Shown here one piece after another: positions 13,477 to 35,300 of a DNA stretch of 64,000 nucleotides (position 1 is the stretch's first letter; each line of letters opens with the position of its first letter). Origin of the DNA: Bugula neritina (lineage: Eukaryota > Animalia > Bryozoa). Location of the stretch: the NCBI GenBank assembly GCA_964035545.1, contig OZ037768.1, positions 8,526,741 to 8,590,740 of the forward strand, written 5' to 3'. A program made the position numbers and the translations under genes. The notes below the pieces were generated by a model. The model was not told where the DNA came from and did no database searches. It saw only the letters and a list, made by a program, of their open reading frames with translations.

Positions 13477-14143
13477 AGAAGCTGAATTTTTGCTGTTAGA
13501 TTAATATGATGAGGCTATCATTTTTATGCTATTTGTAAATTTCCGTAAAACATGCAGTTTTTAGATCTACATTTTATTTTGATACATTTTTTATATAAAA
13601 CTTATGCATTATCATTATGACAAGTCCAACCCTATTCTCAGTAAAAACTTGTTTTCACTTTTTTGTTACTGCATTGCGTTTTGTTATTCAAGTTGTTAGT
13701 ATTTTAAAACAATACAATTATGTTTACTATGAAATCAAGTGGTTTTTACATCTAAATTTTGCCAAGTGTATTAAATCAGTCTTTCTTTGAGAAAATAAAA
13801 TAGTTGCTGTAAAATTTAAAAATATTAGCTGTTAGAAAACAACATAGATCAAAGACAGCGAAAGTGTCATTTAGTGTTTGTATATTAAATACAAATATCA
13901 ATTAATCTTGTGCAATCGCACCATGAGATGAGTGTTGAATACCATAAAGTAGCAGTATTGGAAAACTAATATACTCTGCTCATTTACATAATATTGATAG
14001 TCAATATTTAGAGCTGCTCTATCGCTTTTGTGGATTTATCATTCTGGGAAAAGACTTCGGTTAATTTAGTGTTAATTAATTGCTAATGATTGATATATAA
14101 CTTCTGGCTCGCTGTGTACAATCACTTCTCTACCGGTCTTACA

Positions 14144-17100
14144 ATGGCGGAACCATCCGATTTCAAAGCTTTGGCTGGACAAATTGGTAGCATAGTGACT
14201 CGCCTGCGAAGGAATGTGGCCAAGAACACAACCGGTGGTGCGGAGACAGGCACATCCGTCAAGTCTACTATTGGCTACGTCCGATGGTCTGCTCAAAATG
14301 ATGAAGCATCTAATGATAATGTACCGACTCAAGAGCCAGAGATAAGTTTAAACCCAGCTGAGACGGAGAAAGATTGCGCCACTGACAGCTCGGTCTCAAG
14401 CGATGACGCTGTGCACGAAAGTCTCATGTCTGACTCTGAACATCCGAGTTGCAGTTCCTCCATGAATATTGAAATGCCTGAAGAGCCACCTACTAATAAG
14501 GTGGACACCATAACCGAATGGCAAGCAGGCTGGAACGTCACCAATGCTATTCAGGTGAGTCATGCATCCTCTTTAAAACTGTGATGGTTTTACTGCTTTT
14601 AATACATGCAGGGATGCGGCGAGAGGTGTAATTCTAATAATTCATAACTTATCTGGTGAATTTTATATAAATGAAAGCCCGGCCATTTCATCAAATGGCT
14701 AATTGGCTAATTAATATTAATTCATTTAAGCTAACAAGTTCTCACAGTTGAGTTTTATAATAAAATACTGACTGGCTAAGTGACACCTCTTACATGAAAG
14801 CTTCTTGGTACTTAATGCAAGTATACTTTACACCTACTTTTACATTTTCCAGCTTAATGGTTACTTAATTAAATTATGACAGTTTTAATTTAGAAAATCA
14901 TTTAAATGTAGACGATCTCCCAATTGTTTCAGCAGTCCACGACACTAATCCTAAATTGTGTAAATAGTTTATTTAAACATTTGGTACAGTATAGGATATG
15001 TTGTGTTGGTGCTTAGGCTTTTAACTAAATTGTCAATATTTTGATTGTTTATCTGTCTTTCCGTTTCTTGCAAATACATCAGAGTTAGAATATTAATTAT
15101 TGTAAAAAGTATAAAAATAAAATTAATATATGCATATCTTCTCTTTGTGAAGTTATAAAATCCTATCAGCTCATATAAATTTCAAAGCTTAACAATAATT
15201 TCCTAAATAACTTCTTCAATGCATATGAATTCTTATATCTAATCACCAATAGCTATAGAGTCTAGACTTGAACTCTACAATAATGTAGCCCTTTGCAACC
15301 ACTAGAAAAATCAATAGCATGTTAAAATTGGAAAAATCATTTTGTATAATAAATAATGTGTTATTAACTCTAGCTGACGTTAATGGTTATCTTAGTGTGT
15401 GGCATGTTAGAAATTGGCATGAAATGATATAGAGGCTTTCTTTTAATATGAAATGGCAGGCCTTAGTAGTCTTCTTGTGTTGGCTATATTGCTGCTACTT
15501 TTCATGTACGAGATATTTGTAAATGTAGGAATGTAAATTTATTAACCAACTATATTATTATTATGAGCATAAAATCTTCCTTAAAAAACTCTACATATTT
15601 AAATACAAAAGTACTACATTTATATATAAAATTAAAAAGATGTTTATTATTCATATATGAAGTAGATAAATAAATTTACACAAAATTTTTAGTAGTAATA
15701 TTGCTTTTCGATTGTCTGACCAGAGCTGCATATTGTAAATTAGTCTTATGGCACACCAATATGTAATGTTTAGTTCTTTTCAGAAGACGAAGTCAAAATG
15801 GGATTATTAAAAATAATGTATTTTGTAAACATAATGAGCTCAAATGAAGAAGTAGTAGCACTATTTTACTTAAATTTATTATTTTATAGCTATTTACAAG
15901 AAAGATGTGGTTCTATGCATAATTAAGCTGTATTTGTTAGTAATAAAATCAAGTGTAAAAGCAGTTTACATTAAAATAAACTGAAATTGGTCGATAATTG
16001 TCCTAGTGGGCTACTCATAGGGATTCCAAAAACCCCCAAAATTAAATGAAGCCAACCATTTTAAGCCTTCTCTAAAATTACGTTGATCCAAGCCAATGAC
16101 TGTATGCTGCAGTTCCCAGGTGCTTTGCTATGACATTCTTTTGTGAAAGTTACTATTACGTGAATTAGCTTTGTGAGCATCTATTTTTGTTACTTATTTA
16201 TTGCCATTTCTAGAAATAATCACTGCTGCCTTGTAAGTAATTAATTAGCTCTCTCAGCAGCACTTAGTATTATTCACACACCTACAGTCAATCAATCATA
16301 ATTATATGGGTCAAGTTGCAGTCCGCAGCTAATCTTGATAAATAACTTCAAGCACAAATGGCTGCTGTTTGATTAGCTACTTTTTAAATGCTGTCTTCTA
16401 AGAAGTCAAGAGAAAAGTTATGATTTAATGTCACTAGTTAGGGTTGCAGCACATGTAGTTTTACTATGCTGTGAAGTTCAGTTAGTGTAGAAAGTCAGCT
16501 ATCATAGAGTAATAATGATATGGTGTCCTCCGTTAAAAGCCTAGTACATTGCTAGTCCTAAATCGCCTTTAAATGTCTCGTGTTTATGTTTGATGATTGC
16601 GATGGTATGACATTTACACACAATGTAGCCAAGAATGTGGAGGTGTAGGCCTGCAGGTCCTAACAAACATAAAGCCATTTATACTTGGCACAAACAGCAA
16701 CTATGTTATCACAATACAGACATGCAAGCGCACACACACAAGCACACACACACACAAGCACACACGCACACACACACACACAAGCACACACACACACACA
16801 AGCACACACACACACACAAGCACACACACACAAGCAAACAAACTTTAGGTAATGAGCTACTAATACTTTACAAATTTGCAGATATGAATTATAGTTATCT
16901 TAAACTTTCCATTCTATGGTTTACAATAACGAGCTTACATTTAGGGCCAAATTGTTTATTTTATTTTAAAACAAATGATAGATTTTAAAAGTATGTTTTG
17001 GTGCATTACCAAAAGTAGATCTCATACATGCTCTTTTCTGTGAATAATAAACTTTGTTTTAAAAAATAGCAGATTTAACTTGTTTCTGATACAAGTATCT

Positions 17101-18550
17101 CATTGTGCCCTCACATATGTCTGTTTGACTTTCACTAAGCAATTTTTTTTAAAAAAATCTAGTAGAAGAAATTGAAAGTTATACTAAGTTTCCAGGTGAC
17201 AATTTTCTTACCTCTAATCACTTAGCACTCTTTGCTTGATGTAAGATACAATAAATAAGTCGGGCAGAATATGCAGTTATTTATCTTCATGGATGTTTTT
17301 TGTAGGGTATGTTTATTGTGAGCTTCCCATATGCTGTGCATCAAGGTGGATACTGGGCAATATTTGCTATGATCTTCGTTGCCATAATATGCTGCTATAC
17401 TGGAAAAATTCTAGTCGACTGTCTGTATGAAGATGGGAAGGAAGGAGAAAGAGTGAGAGTAAGAACTAGTTATGGAGATATTGCTGAAAGAGTGTTTGGT
17501 AAAAGAATAGGTAAACCCCTTGTAAGTTCAGCCCAGGTGATGGAATTGCTCATGACTTGCATTCTTTATGTCTTACTCTGCGGTGATCTACTCAAAGGAA
17601 GCTTTCCTACAAAAGTAGTGCCGCTTAGTGTTTGGATATGCCTAAGTACAATTCCATTGCTTTTCTGTGCCTTTCTAAAGACGATGAGAAGAGTGTCATG
17701 GTTAAGCTTGTGGTGCTCAGTTGCACACATGCTCATTAACATCATCATTCTAATTTATTGCTTCACCCTAATAAAGCAATGGCAGCCTCGAGCAGTGAAG
17801 ATCAAGCCAGACATCTGGACTGTTCCCATATCATTAGGGATAATAGTATTTAGCTACACATCTCAGATATTTTTGCCTAGCCTTGAGGGCAAGATGGTAA
17901 AGAGAGAAAGATTCGGTTGTATGATGTACTGGACTCACTTAGCTGCTGCTGTATTCAAGGCTGTCTTTTCCTATATTGGTTACGTAACTTGGGGGGAAGA
18001 GACAGAAGAGGTGATAACCAATAATTTGCCAACAACTTTGAAAATTATAGTAAATATAATACTAGTAATTAAAGCTTTATTTAGTTATCCTTTGCCATAC
18101 TTTGCTGCTGTAGAAATTATCGAAAATTCTTTTTTTCAAGATCAAGCTAAAACATTTTTCCCTTCCTGTTATCGTGACAATTTGTCAATCAAATGGTGGG
18201 GGATAGCCTTACGAATGTTGCTTGTTGTAGTTACTATGTTACTAGCAATTTTTATTCCACACTTTGCTCTTTTAATGGGTTTGATAGGTAGCTTTACTGG
18301 TACCATGCTCTCCTTTGTATGGCCTTGTATTTTTCATTTATACTTGAAGCGCGATACTTCTCCACTTTATATGAAAATATGTGACATTGTAATAATAATC
18401 CTAGGCGTTTTGTGTGGTGCTATGGGAATGTATTACTCAGCCAGGGCTTTAGTTTTAGCCTTTCAAGGTAAAAGTGTTGTGCCTTGGTATCACACTGTAG
18501 CTGTATCGCATGAAATTCAACATTTTACTTCGAATGAAACTCTAAACTGA
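14144..18550 (+). CDS. SLC32A1: Vesicular inhibitory amino acid (GABA/glycine) transporter VGAT/VIAAT/unc-47; exons 14144-14554 and 17306-18550
   Basis: The splice junction joins ITEWQAGWNVTNAIQ to GMFIVSFPYAV..GGY, the VGAT TM1 signature. Also CCYTGKILVDCLY, ELLMTCILY, FSYTSQIFLPSLEG, KALFSYPLPYFAA and PHFALLMGLIGSFTG, with a multi-TM profile. Confidence 0.95.
16729..16838. repeat. Compound (CA)n/CAAG microsatellite in the VGAT intron
   Basis: CACACACACAAG units repeated. Confidence 0.9.
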
Positions 18551-19006
18551 AGGTTAAATTGTTTAGAGTGAACATATTTATTAAAGTATCACATTTATGT
18601 AGCCATGGTTAATATAAAAAGTGAAACTTTTATAACTATTGCTGTAGCTAAAAATATTAATAAGTTATTTGATATTGTGAACAAATAAGACGGATATTGT
18701 TAGATTTAGTGAATATATAACTATTTATGTATTGTATTGGTTTTATTATTTAGAATAGTTTAATAAATGCAATTTATGCTAGAAGCTATTGAAATATACG
18801 GATATGAAATATAAATTGAAATTTTGTGACGCAAATTATTTTCTAAATTTAAACGTCATAAGTAATTTATGCAAAATAATTAATACAAATGCTATCAAAA
18901 TATTGTATTAGGCTAGTATTCTTATTACATCAATGATATTTTTGATGCAATCATTTAATTTAAATTCTGTTCTATGAATAGATTAGAAAGTTTAGTATCA
19001 CTTGAG

Positions 19007-27691
<8,685 letters not shown>

Positions 27692-28779
27692 GGTAATGAT
27701 ACTAGAGACGTAGTTACGACTGTGTGTGTGTATGTACCTACGATAGCGCACTATCTGATGTATTAAAATGCAAAATATTGCATTAAGTCATGAGAAAGCT
27801 AATTTACTGTCACCATACTAAGATTGTATTTTAAAGTTCCAAGTGTGAAGTGGGTGGACACATTATGTATCACAATTGGGTAATCTTAGGAATAATGCTT
27901 TGTCCTACACATAAAAAGAGTAAAGAATGTAATTAGCTAGATGAAGCAGCTTAGTATTAGTAATTTAATTGGCTCTTGGACTTTTGTTGACTCTTGTTTT
28001 CAAAACTTGTCATTATTAAAGGCCTGAACACACTTTGTGAAAATGCTAAAGCAGGGCAAAATTATATTATGATATTTTTGAGCGACTAAAGCAGGCAGAC
28101 CTAGATTCTGTTAATTTGCTGCAAAATAGAAGAGATAAAATAGCATCAAGAATTGTATTTATATCATGACTAAATAAATGTTATTTGTTTGGCAATTTAT
28201 TCAAAAATGTTTTTCATGATGCCATAAGAAAAATGTGCACTGCTGTTATCTAGTACTTGGTTTTTAAGTTGCTTCTATAGTGGGTCATCAGCATTTGTTC
28301 ATACTCTAGCCATTTCTCAACTTATTTATAGCATAGGAGTTTTATTTAGTGTACTAGAATTTAAAGCGTAATATAGTCTATGATCTGTTCTAAATGAACA
28401 TGTTGTAAAGTTAAAAATAGAATAAATAAGTTATGTTGAAGTCAATGTTGAAATAAATACCAATTATCTGCAAGTTTATTGAAAAGAAAATTGCTGAGCA
28501 GGGTCTGAATTATAATAAATATTCTCAAGTTTGTAAATAAGCTTACGTATAACTAAATAATATGATTACACAATTCCCAATCTATATTAGATTCTAAGCT
28601 AGTATTTTGTAAATGGAATATTTATATGATAATAAATTTTTAGTAGTAAAATTATTTTACAAAATCTATAAAATAATTTGATTTCTAATACAGAAGAGGA
28701 GCAGTTTATCTTGCAAGCAACTGAGTAAGGGGGGGGGGGAAGCTCAGAAAATAGCCACAAAAACAACTTAGTGGGTGCC

Positions 28780-28787
28780 TTTATATA
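28780..28787 (-). promoter_or_regulatory. Candidate TATA box for the Ig gene
   Basis: TATATAAAGG on the minus strand, followed by a plausible non-coding exon ending at a GTAAGC donor (about 28546) and an acceptor (about 27755) upstream of the ATG. Confidence 0.45.
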
Positions 28788-29369
28788 GTCAGTCACAGAA
28801 ATATCCACAACTCTAGTCAAGTATTATCACACTGCATGGTCTGATATTGCCTTGCGTGTGAAACATGTTCATACCAGACACATACATGCAGGCTCTATAT
28901 ATAAAGGCTACACCACAGCTCCATAATTATTTGAAGGGCATTATAGGTTGCGATATACTGTATTATATGTCTCACACATGACAAACTAATGAGCAATAGT
29001 TTCTTATTCTTTTATTAGCTATTATAGATAATAATGAGTCATTGGTCAATTACTGGAAGTGACTAAGTAGTGGAAAAATGTTGCTCTATAAAACAAAAAT
29101 TAGAACAATTACAAGTCAATGTTGAGACCTGATTCATCATTAATTAAAATAAAACAAAACTTTCAGACTAGAAAACTGTTCGATCAAAAAAACAATTAAA
29201 ACATGATAAATGAAATAAAGTTATATTAAAAAGTGTTAAAATGCAAAATATAACAATCGCATATCTACAACCTAGCAATTTTCTATGGACATAAACTAAG
29301 TTTTAAAGGTCACATTATTTCTCCAACAACGTATTGAAGACGAAGGCAACTGCTAATTTACTCAAGTGA

Positions 29370-32300
29370 TTAGCTATAAAATCCCATCAACCTCTTGTCG
29401 TGAGGATCAAATGGACTCTTCAAGTGTGCTGTGGCATCTAGGAGTTGTCCCATCCTATCTATTTGGTAGTTGCCTGCAAAATAGCACAAAATCTTAGGTA
29501 TTAAAATAGCAGAATACAAAATGAAACAAATTTATGTATTTAAGGAAATAGAATCAGGTGCCCAAAACTGGACATGTCTTGCATTGGTTTAAAGTCGTAT
29601 TCTTCTAAAACCATTAGCTCTTCATGACACGACAGAACGCCTTAAGCATAGGAGATATTAGCAACTGCTCCTATTATTGATAAAATACTTACATGACGAC
29701 TTTGAAGTGGACAATGTTCAACAACTCATGCATTGCTGAAATTTATTACTTCCTTGTTTTTCAACACAAAACTGAGCTTTCTAGTTTTATCAGTAATAAG
29801 AGACATAAGCTAGTAACACAAAAAAATTAATCATAGGTAAACTTTTGATAAACTATCTTCTGTTTGTGGTTAAATGATGACATTATGCAATCTATGGATG
29901 AACTTATTTCTGTTTTGTTTAACAAAATTTCATGGAAGAGAAAATTTTTAGTGAATACCTAGACACCTGTATGAACATCCGAAGGCTTTCTTTGGCAGCA
30001 AGAAAAGTTTGCTTCATTATGTTAAGATGCTTCAACCATTTGCAAATAAAAATATGTGACAAGTCTAAATACCTACCAGACATGATGAACTCTTTATCTA
30101 CAGGACCACCAGCTGGATTCTTTACATATCCAACCGCAATCTCTTTATCCAAAGCAAATGCAAACTCCGCCCTCCGAATATAACCAACTGCTTCCCCATT
30201 TCTATATATTGTTTCTAGTCCGTGCAGAGCCAAGTTTCTACATCAAATATATTTTACATCAGCAACCAATGAAAACACACAGACTTGTTTACTTTGAACT
30301 AAATATGCAACATGAACTACACGGTACATCAAAACTAAACACAACAATGTATAGAATGTGCTAGAAGAATATAAAGTTGACAGACTTACTGATCAAGTGT
30401 GAAACACACAAGACGTTTCTGTATACCACTAGCCTTATACTCTTCAACTGCTTGTCTTCCAACGAATGGTATATCTGTTTTAAGTTTACATGTGAAGGTC
30501 AAGTCAGCCTCTAGTGGGGAGTCGTCTGATCTGATATCAGAGTGCCACAAATGGTAGCCTAGAATTCCAATAAATAGCTTGAGGTCAAAAATATTTATAT
30601 AAATATAAGGTAATGAAGCAAATGAAGCAAAGATTTTTTTTTGAAATGAATTTTTAATCAATACAGTAGTCTATTTCCCAGCTAATTTAATTTAATTTAG
30701 TTTCAATCTTTTCTATCTGATGTTCTCCATAATACATTTAACTAAAAAAATAAATGTCAACAAAATAGAAGCATATATTTAAATACTGAATTTACAAGTG
30801 ACGTGAAAATTTGCATTACTACAATGATAATCTTACCTTTTTCTATGCTAAGTGAATCTAATGCACGGTAGCCAGAGTTTCTTAGCCCGAATTCTTTACC
30901 AACTTCTCTTACGACATTATAGATGTCTTGCGCTGCAGAGTTTGAGGCATGCAGTTCCCACCCCAACTCTCCAATAAAACTAACTCTCATTGCTCTCACT
31001 ACATGCCCACCAATAGTTACGAGCTGCAAAAACACACAGTTTTTACAACCAGTTGCTTCAGATCAGAAATAGTCTCACGAATCATCAGTAACAGTGCAAT
31101 AGAAGAGATGTGTTCATTGTCATTCAATTGTTTATTACCTGGTGTGTTGAGAATGGAAAAGATTCGTTAGAGAAATCAGTTTGAGGGCAAAGCTTGGATA
31201 GAAGTCCGCGGCTACAAGTATATTTAATAAAATAATTTTTATATAAACACAACACCCATACCAACACACACCCATACCAACACACACGCACACACCCATA
31301 CCAACACACACGCACACACCCATACCAACACACACCCATACCAACACACACGCACACACCCATACCAACACACACGCACACACCCATACCAACACACACC
31401 CATACCAACACACACGCACACACCCATACCAACACACACGCACACACTCATACCCACGCATGCACGCATATATTTAACTGATGACACTACAGTTGTTGAT
31501 CTGTTTTAGCAATGTGTTCAGATGGTCAGCACATCACACCTATTTTTTGTGTTCAGCTGTGAATTGATTTCATTGGCTATTGCCCGAGTGTTGATTGGCT
31601 AAGTTTCTTTACATGTTGCGTGTGAGCGCTACTAACCAGGAATATTTTATTAATGTCTTGATCTCAAATAGTACTTTATATATTTGGCTAAATAGTGTTA
31701 GTAAATTATACTATTTGTATCACAAGAAAAGCAGAAAATACTGAACTGCATTCTCATCAGTTAGGACATTAAATTCTTATCAGCACACTTCTTAGAGCTA
31801 ATAGTAATGCTTAATAGTATGAGCTTCATACCTCTTTGGTCCTTGAATACTCAACAGAATCATATCATGAGACAAATCTTTTACTTGACAGTCCAACTTT
31901 TCTTGTGCAATAATATTCGTTATTCTAGATTTGAAATATGGGGCATATCTTCCACCAGTAGCTGCATAGTAACTTCTACCTTTGAAAACAGATTAGGCAA
32001 ACAGCTGCAAAATTGTATAATAATAATGGTTTATGGGTTTGAGAAAACCAAATATTATATTTCTGAAATATGCTTGAAACACCTAATGCAAAATTTGGTT
32101 TGTTGCATAAAAACTAAAAATCAATTATTATGATCTCAATAGTACAATGGAGGTTTTTCATGAATGAAATAGCTGACCAGCAAAGGTTTTCCAACATTGG
32201 GAATTTTCAGTCTATTTAAAAAATAATCAGTATATGACTACAACAATGAATATATGCATACAATGGCTGAAATTGAAGGTGAGCAGAAAATAATGACACA

Positions 32301-35300
32301 ATAATCAGTTTTAATTTTAGGTATACACAGAAAAGTTACTTACCTTCAACACCACACAAAGCCTGAGGACCATCATCTTCAACTACACTAACTGTGAGGT
32401 CACTCTCAATACCACCCAACTTGTTAAGCATACAAGTATAGGTGGTACTTCCTAAAATCAAAACATTCCAATTTCAATCATTACATTCTCAAAGAGAAAT
32501 AAATGAGAAGAACGTAAATTCCATAAATAAACAGGGTTAATAAGTTGCCCCACTTGCCATAAGAAATAATTATCTTACAATCACTTATAACACACAAGTT
32601 ATACCTGGATGTTTGTCCATGTTGTTACTAAATATCCATTCCGCAGCCTTTGTAGCATCAGGTCCACACAAGTAAAGTTTTCCAAAGTAGGACATGTTAA
32701 ACATGTTCACATTATTCCGTGCATTTAAACACTCTTCACCAATCTATATATGGACAAGGGGAAACAATCTGCCTTTAAACAATTGGTACACAACAAGTGG
32801 CAAGGACAATGTCTAATTTCTTACATTTTATTTTTAAGAAACCTTCTCAGATAGGCTAGTGCATGAAAAGTAAAGGGCTTACATCTCTAGTGAATAATTA
32901 TACTCTAAACTAAACCCTGGTTGAATCATGAATGACCGAAAGATTTTAAAGTTTTACCAAAAAACCTATGTTTAGCCACTGATCATATTTAAAACTGCCA
33001 TGGACTCAAATTGAAAACTCTAAATCTGAAAATCAATTTCGCAATTTACCAGAACCTACTAGATGTCAACTCACTATGTTATGATGTGCAGGGTGATCAA
33101 AAGTATAATCCATGGTTAGCTTTTCTGCATACGGATGTGGGTTGTTTTTGACATGCCCGTATTCTCCTTCATAATCGTATAGAAGAGGCTATAACATAAT
33201 GTTAATAGCCTGTAAAAACAACTATATAAAAGCATGATGTAAAATAAATATAAAAAAGCTCAACGAAGCGTTTTCAGGAAGAGAAAAGCCTTGAAGCCTG
33301 CAGTACTTTTTTGTATTTAAAAAACTTTGTGGTTCTACACTGCAAGATAAAATTCCACAAAGAAAATAGACAAGAGTGCTAAAAATAGTAATATCATGTT
33401 TTTATACTCTTTCATATTTCTTGTTTGATGCCAACATTTCTGCATTCCATCTTTAATAGCTATCAAATGTTATAACAGGAGAAATTTGATGCCACAATCT
33501 AAAAAGAAACTACCAAAACTGCCAATAACTAAAAATACAAATTCTACGGTTACTGAATTTTAGTCCGCAAAGCATAGTACTTTGAATATTTTAAGACAGA
33601 TTGTAACTTATACTCACAGATGTAACATTTCCAACATCAAACCAGCCAGGCCTTTCCCAACCACCCTTTGACTGATACACGCATCCATCTTTCAATAACG
33701 TCTAAAAATTTATAGTTTTATTAACTATTAGATACTAAATTTAAATTTACAATAATTTTCAAAAGAATTTCCAGATATTAATGGCGCCCTACCTCATACA
33801 AGGCGTCTCTTACACCAGGTCGTCCAGCTAAAGATTCATCATGCCGGTAAAGCATTGAGTATTTTTTAACAAAACTTTCATGCGCTGTTTCTCTCAGCCA
33901 CTTCTTGTTTCCTAAAAGTTTTTCATTAAACCTCCTGAAACAGAAATTGTGACCTCTCTAATAAAATCAAAATGAAGTCAATACAGTTGCAAATAGTTTG
34001 CAAAAGGTGGCTTGCCTATCGAACACATACAGGTATTCATATACATTATACAACAAAGGTATTTGTGTCGCACTTAGCTCAGGGTAACACGCGTTTCCCT
34101 GAAGTTTTATGCAACATGTACAGCAAAAATTTTACTGTAACAAACAAATTTAAATACACATACTCAAATCTGTCAATGCACTAGTAAAAACACTGAATCA
34201 AGCTCAAAGTTAAAAGTCTTGAAAAGATGGGTGTATGTGAATTGTGAATTAACATACCACTTTCAGTCTTTAAAACCAAAACATACTAAATCATTCCTCA
34301 TGCAATGCACACAGCTTGAATGAACTACACCTAAGACTTTCCATCTTTTCTTTTCTGTAGCCCACTCAAGTATCTAAATTATATTTAAAAAGAAACCCCT
34401 GACTGAGGAATTTGAAACTTGCCTTGCATCGTATGTAACCATATCCAGCTCTGGTTCTCCTCTGATAACCCATTGAGCTATCATCTTACCACACCCACCT
34501 GATAACATGGCTCCTCCGCTGTTCATGGTGTGACCATGAAACAGTCCAGATATGTAAGGATCTGGACCAATGATCGGCTTGCCATCAGCACTGAATGACT
34601 CTGCAATAGAAAAACAAACCACCCTGTCAAAGCTTTATATATATATTTGAATGGCAACAATAAATATTTTTTGATAAAATACTTTGTGGTTAATGATATC
34701 AACTTAATTTTTATGAAATGTTTAGACTTCCCTTTCTTTACTAAAATTGAAGAAGTCAAAATCTGGTAGGATTACACAACTCCAAAGTATATGAAATATT
34801 TTAGAGTATACTTTTGATTTTTATTAATATTTTAATGATGTTTAGATTTGTTTCTAAACTGTTAGCCCTGAAAATTTGTTACTGAAAACTGCCTGAGTAT
34901 ACTTCTGAATGCTTTAAATACTGAAGCATCACTTTTATATATAAGACTATAAGCTGAATTATTGTATTAGTAGAAGATAAATTAATTAGAGACTTGTTTA
35001 CTACATACCAGGTCCAGAAACTGTTGACCTTATTCCAACCTTCGAAATGTCAGGGACTCGCTTACAAGCATTTTCAACGATATCACTTATAGCCTCCCAG
35101 TTTAAATCAAAAAGTCCAAAAGAAAAATCTTTCGCCACCTAAAATTAAAAACTAATTTTCAACGCAATGAAGACTTTCAATCACATTGAATAATAAATCT
35201 CTAAGAAAATCACAGACAAACTTATATCATGACTAAAGCAAGTTTTGTCAACAAAAACAACATCAAAATTGTTGAAAAAACAAGTTGAGAATTGTGTTTT

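Noticed and set aside
13476-14144. SARDH-A and VGAT as a definite operon
   Set aside because: An AATAAA and about 350 bp of possible promoter lie between them, and there is no direct evidence of trans-splicing; kept only as a linkage hypothesis.
31249-31460. Repeat array as a possible CRISPR
   Set aside because: No unique spacers, eukaryotic intron context, no cas genes.
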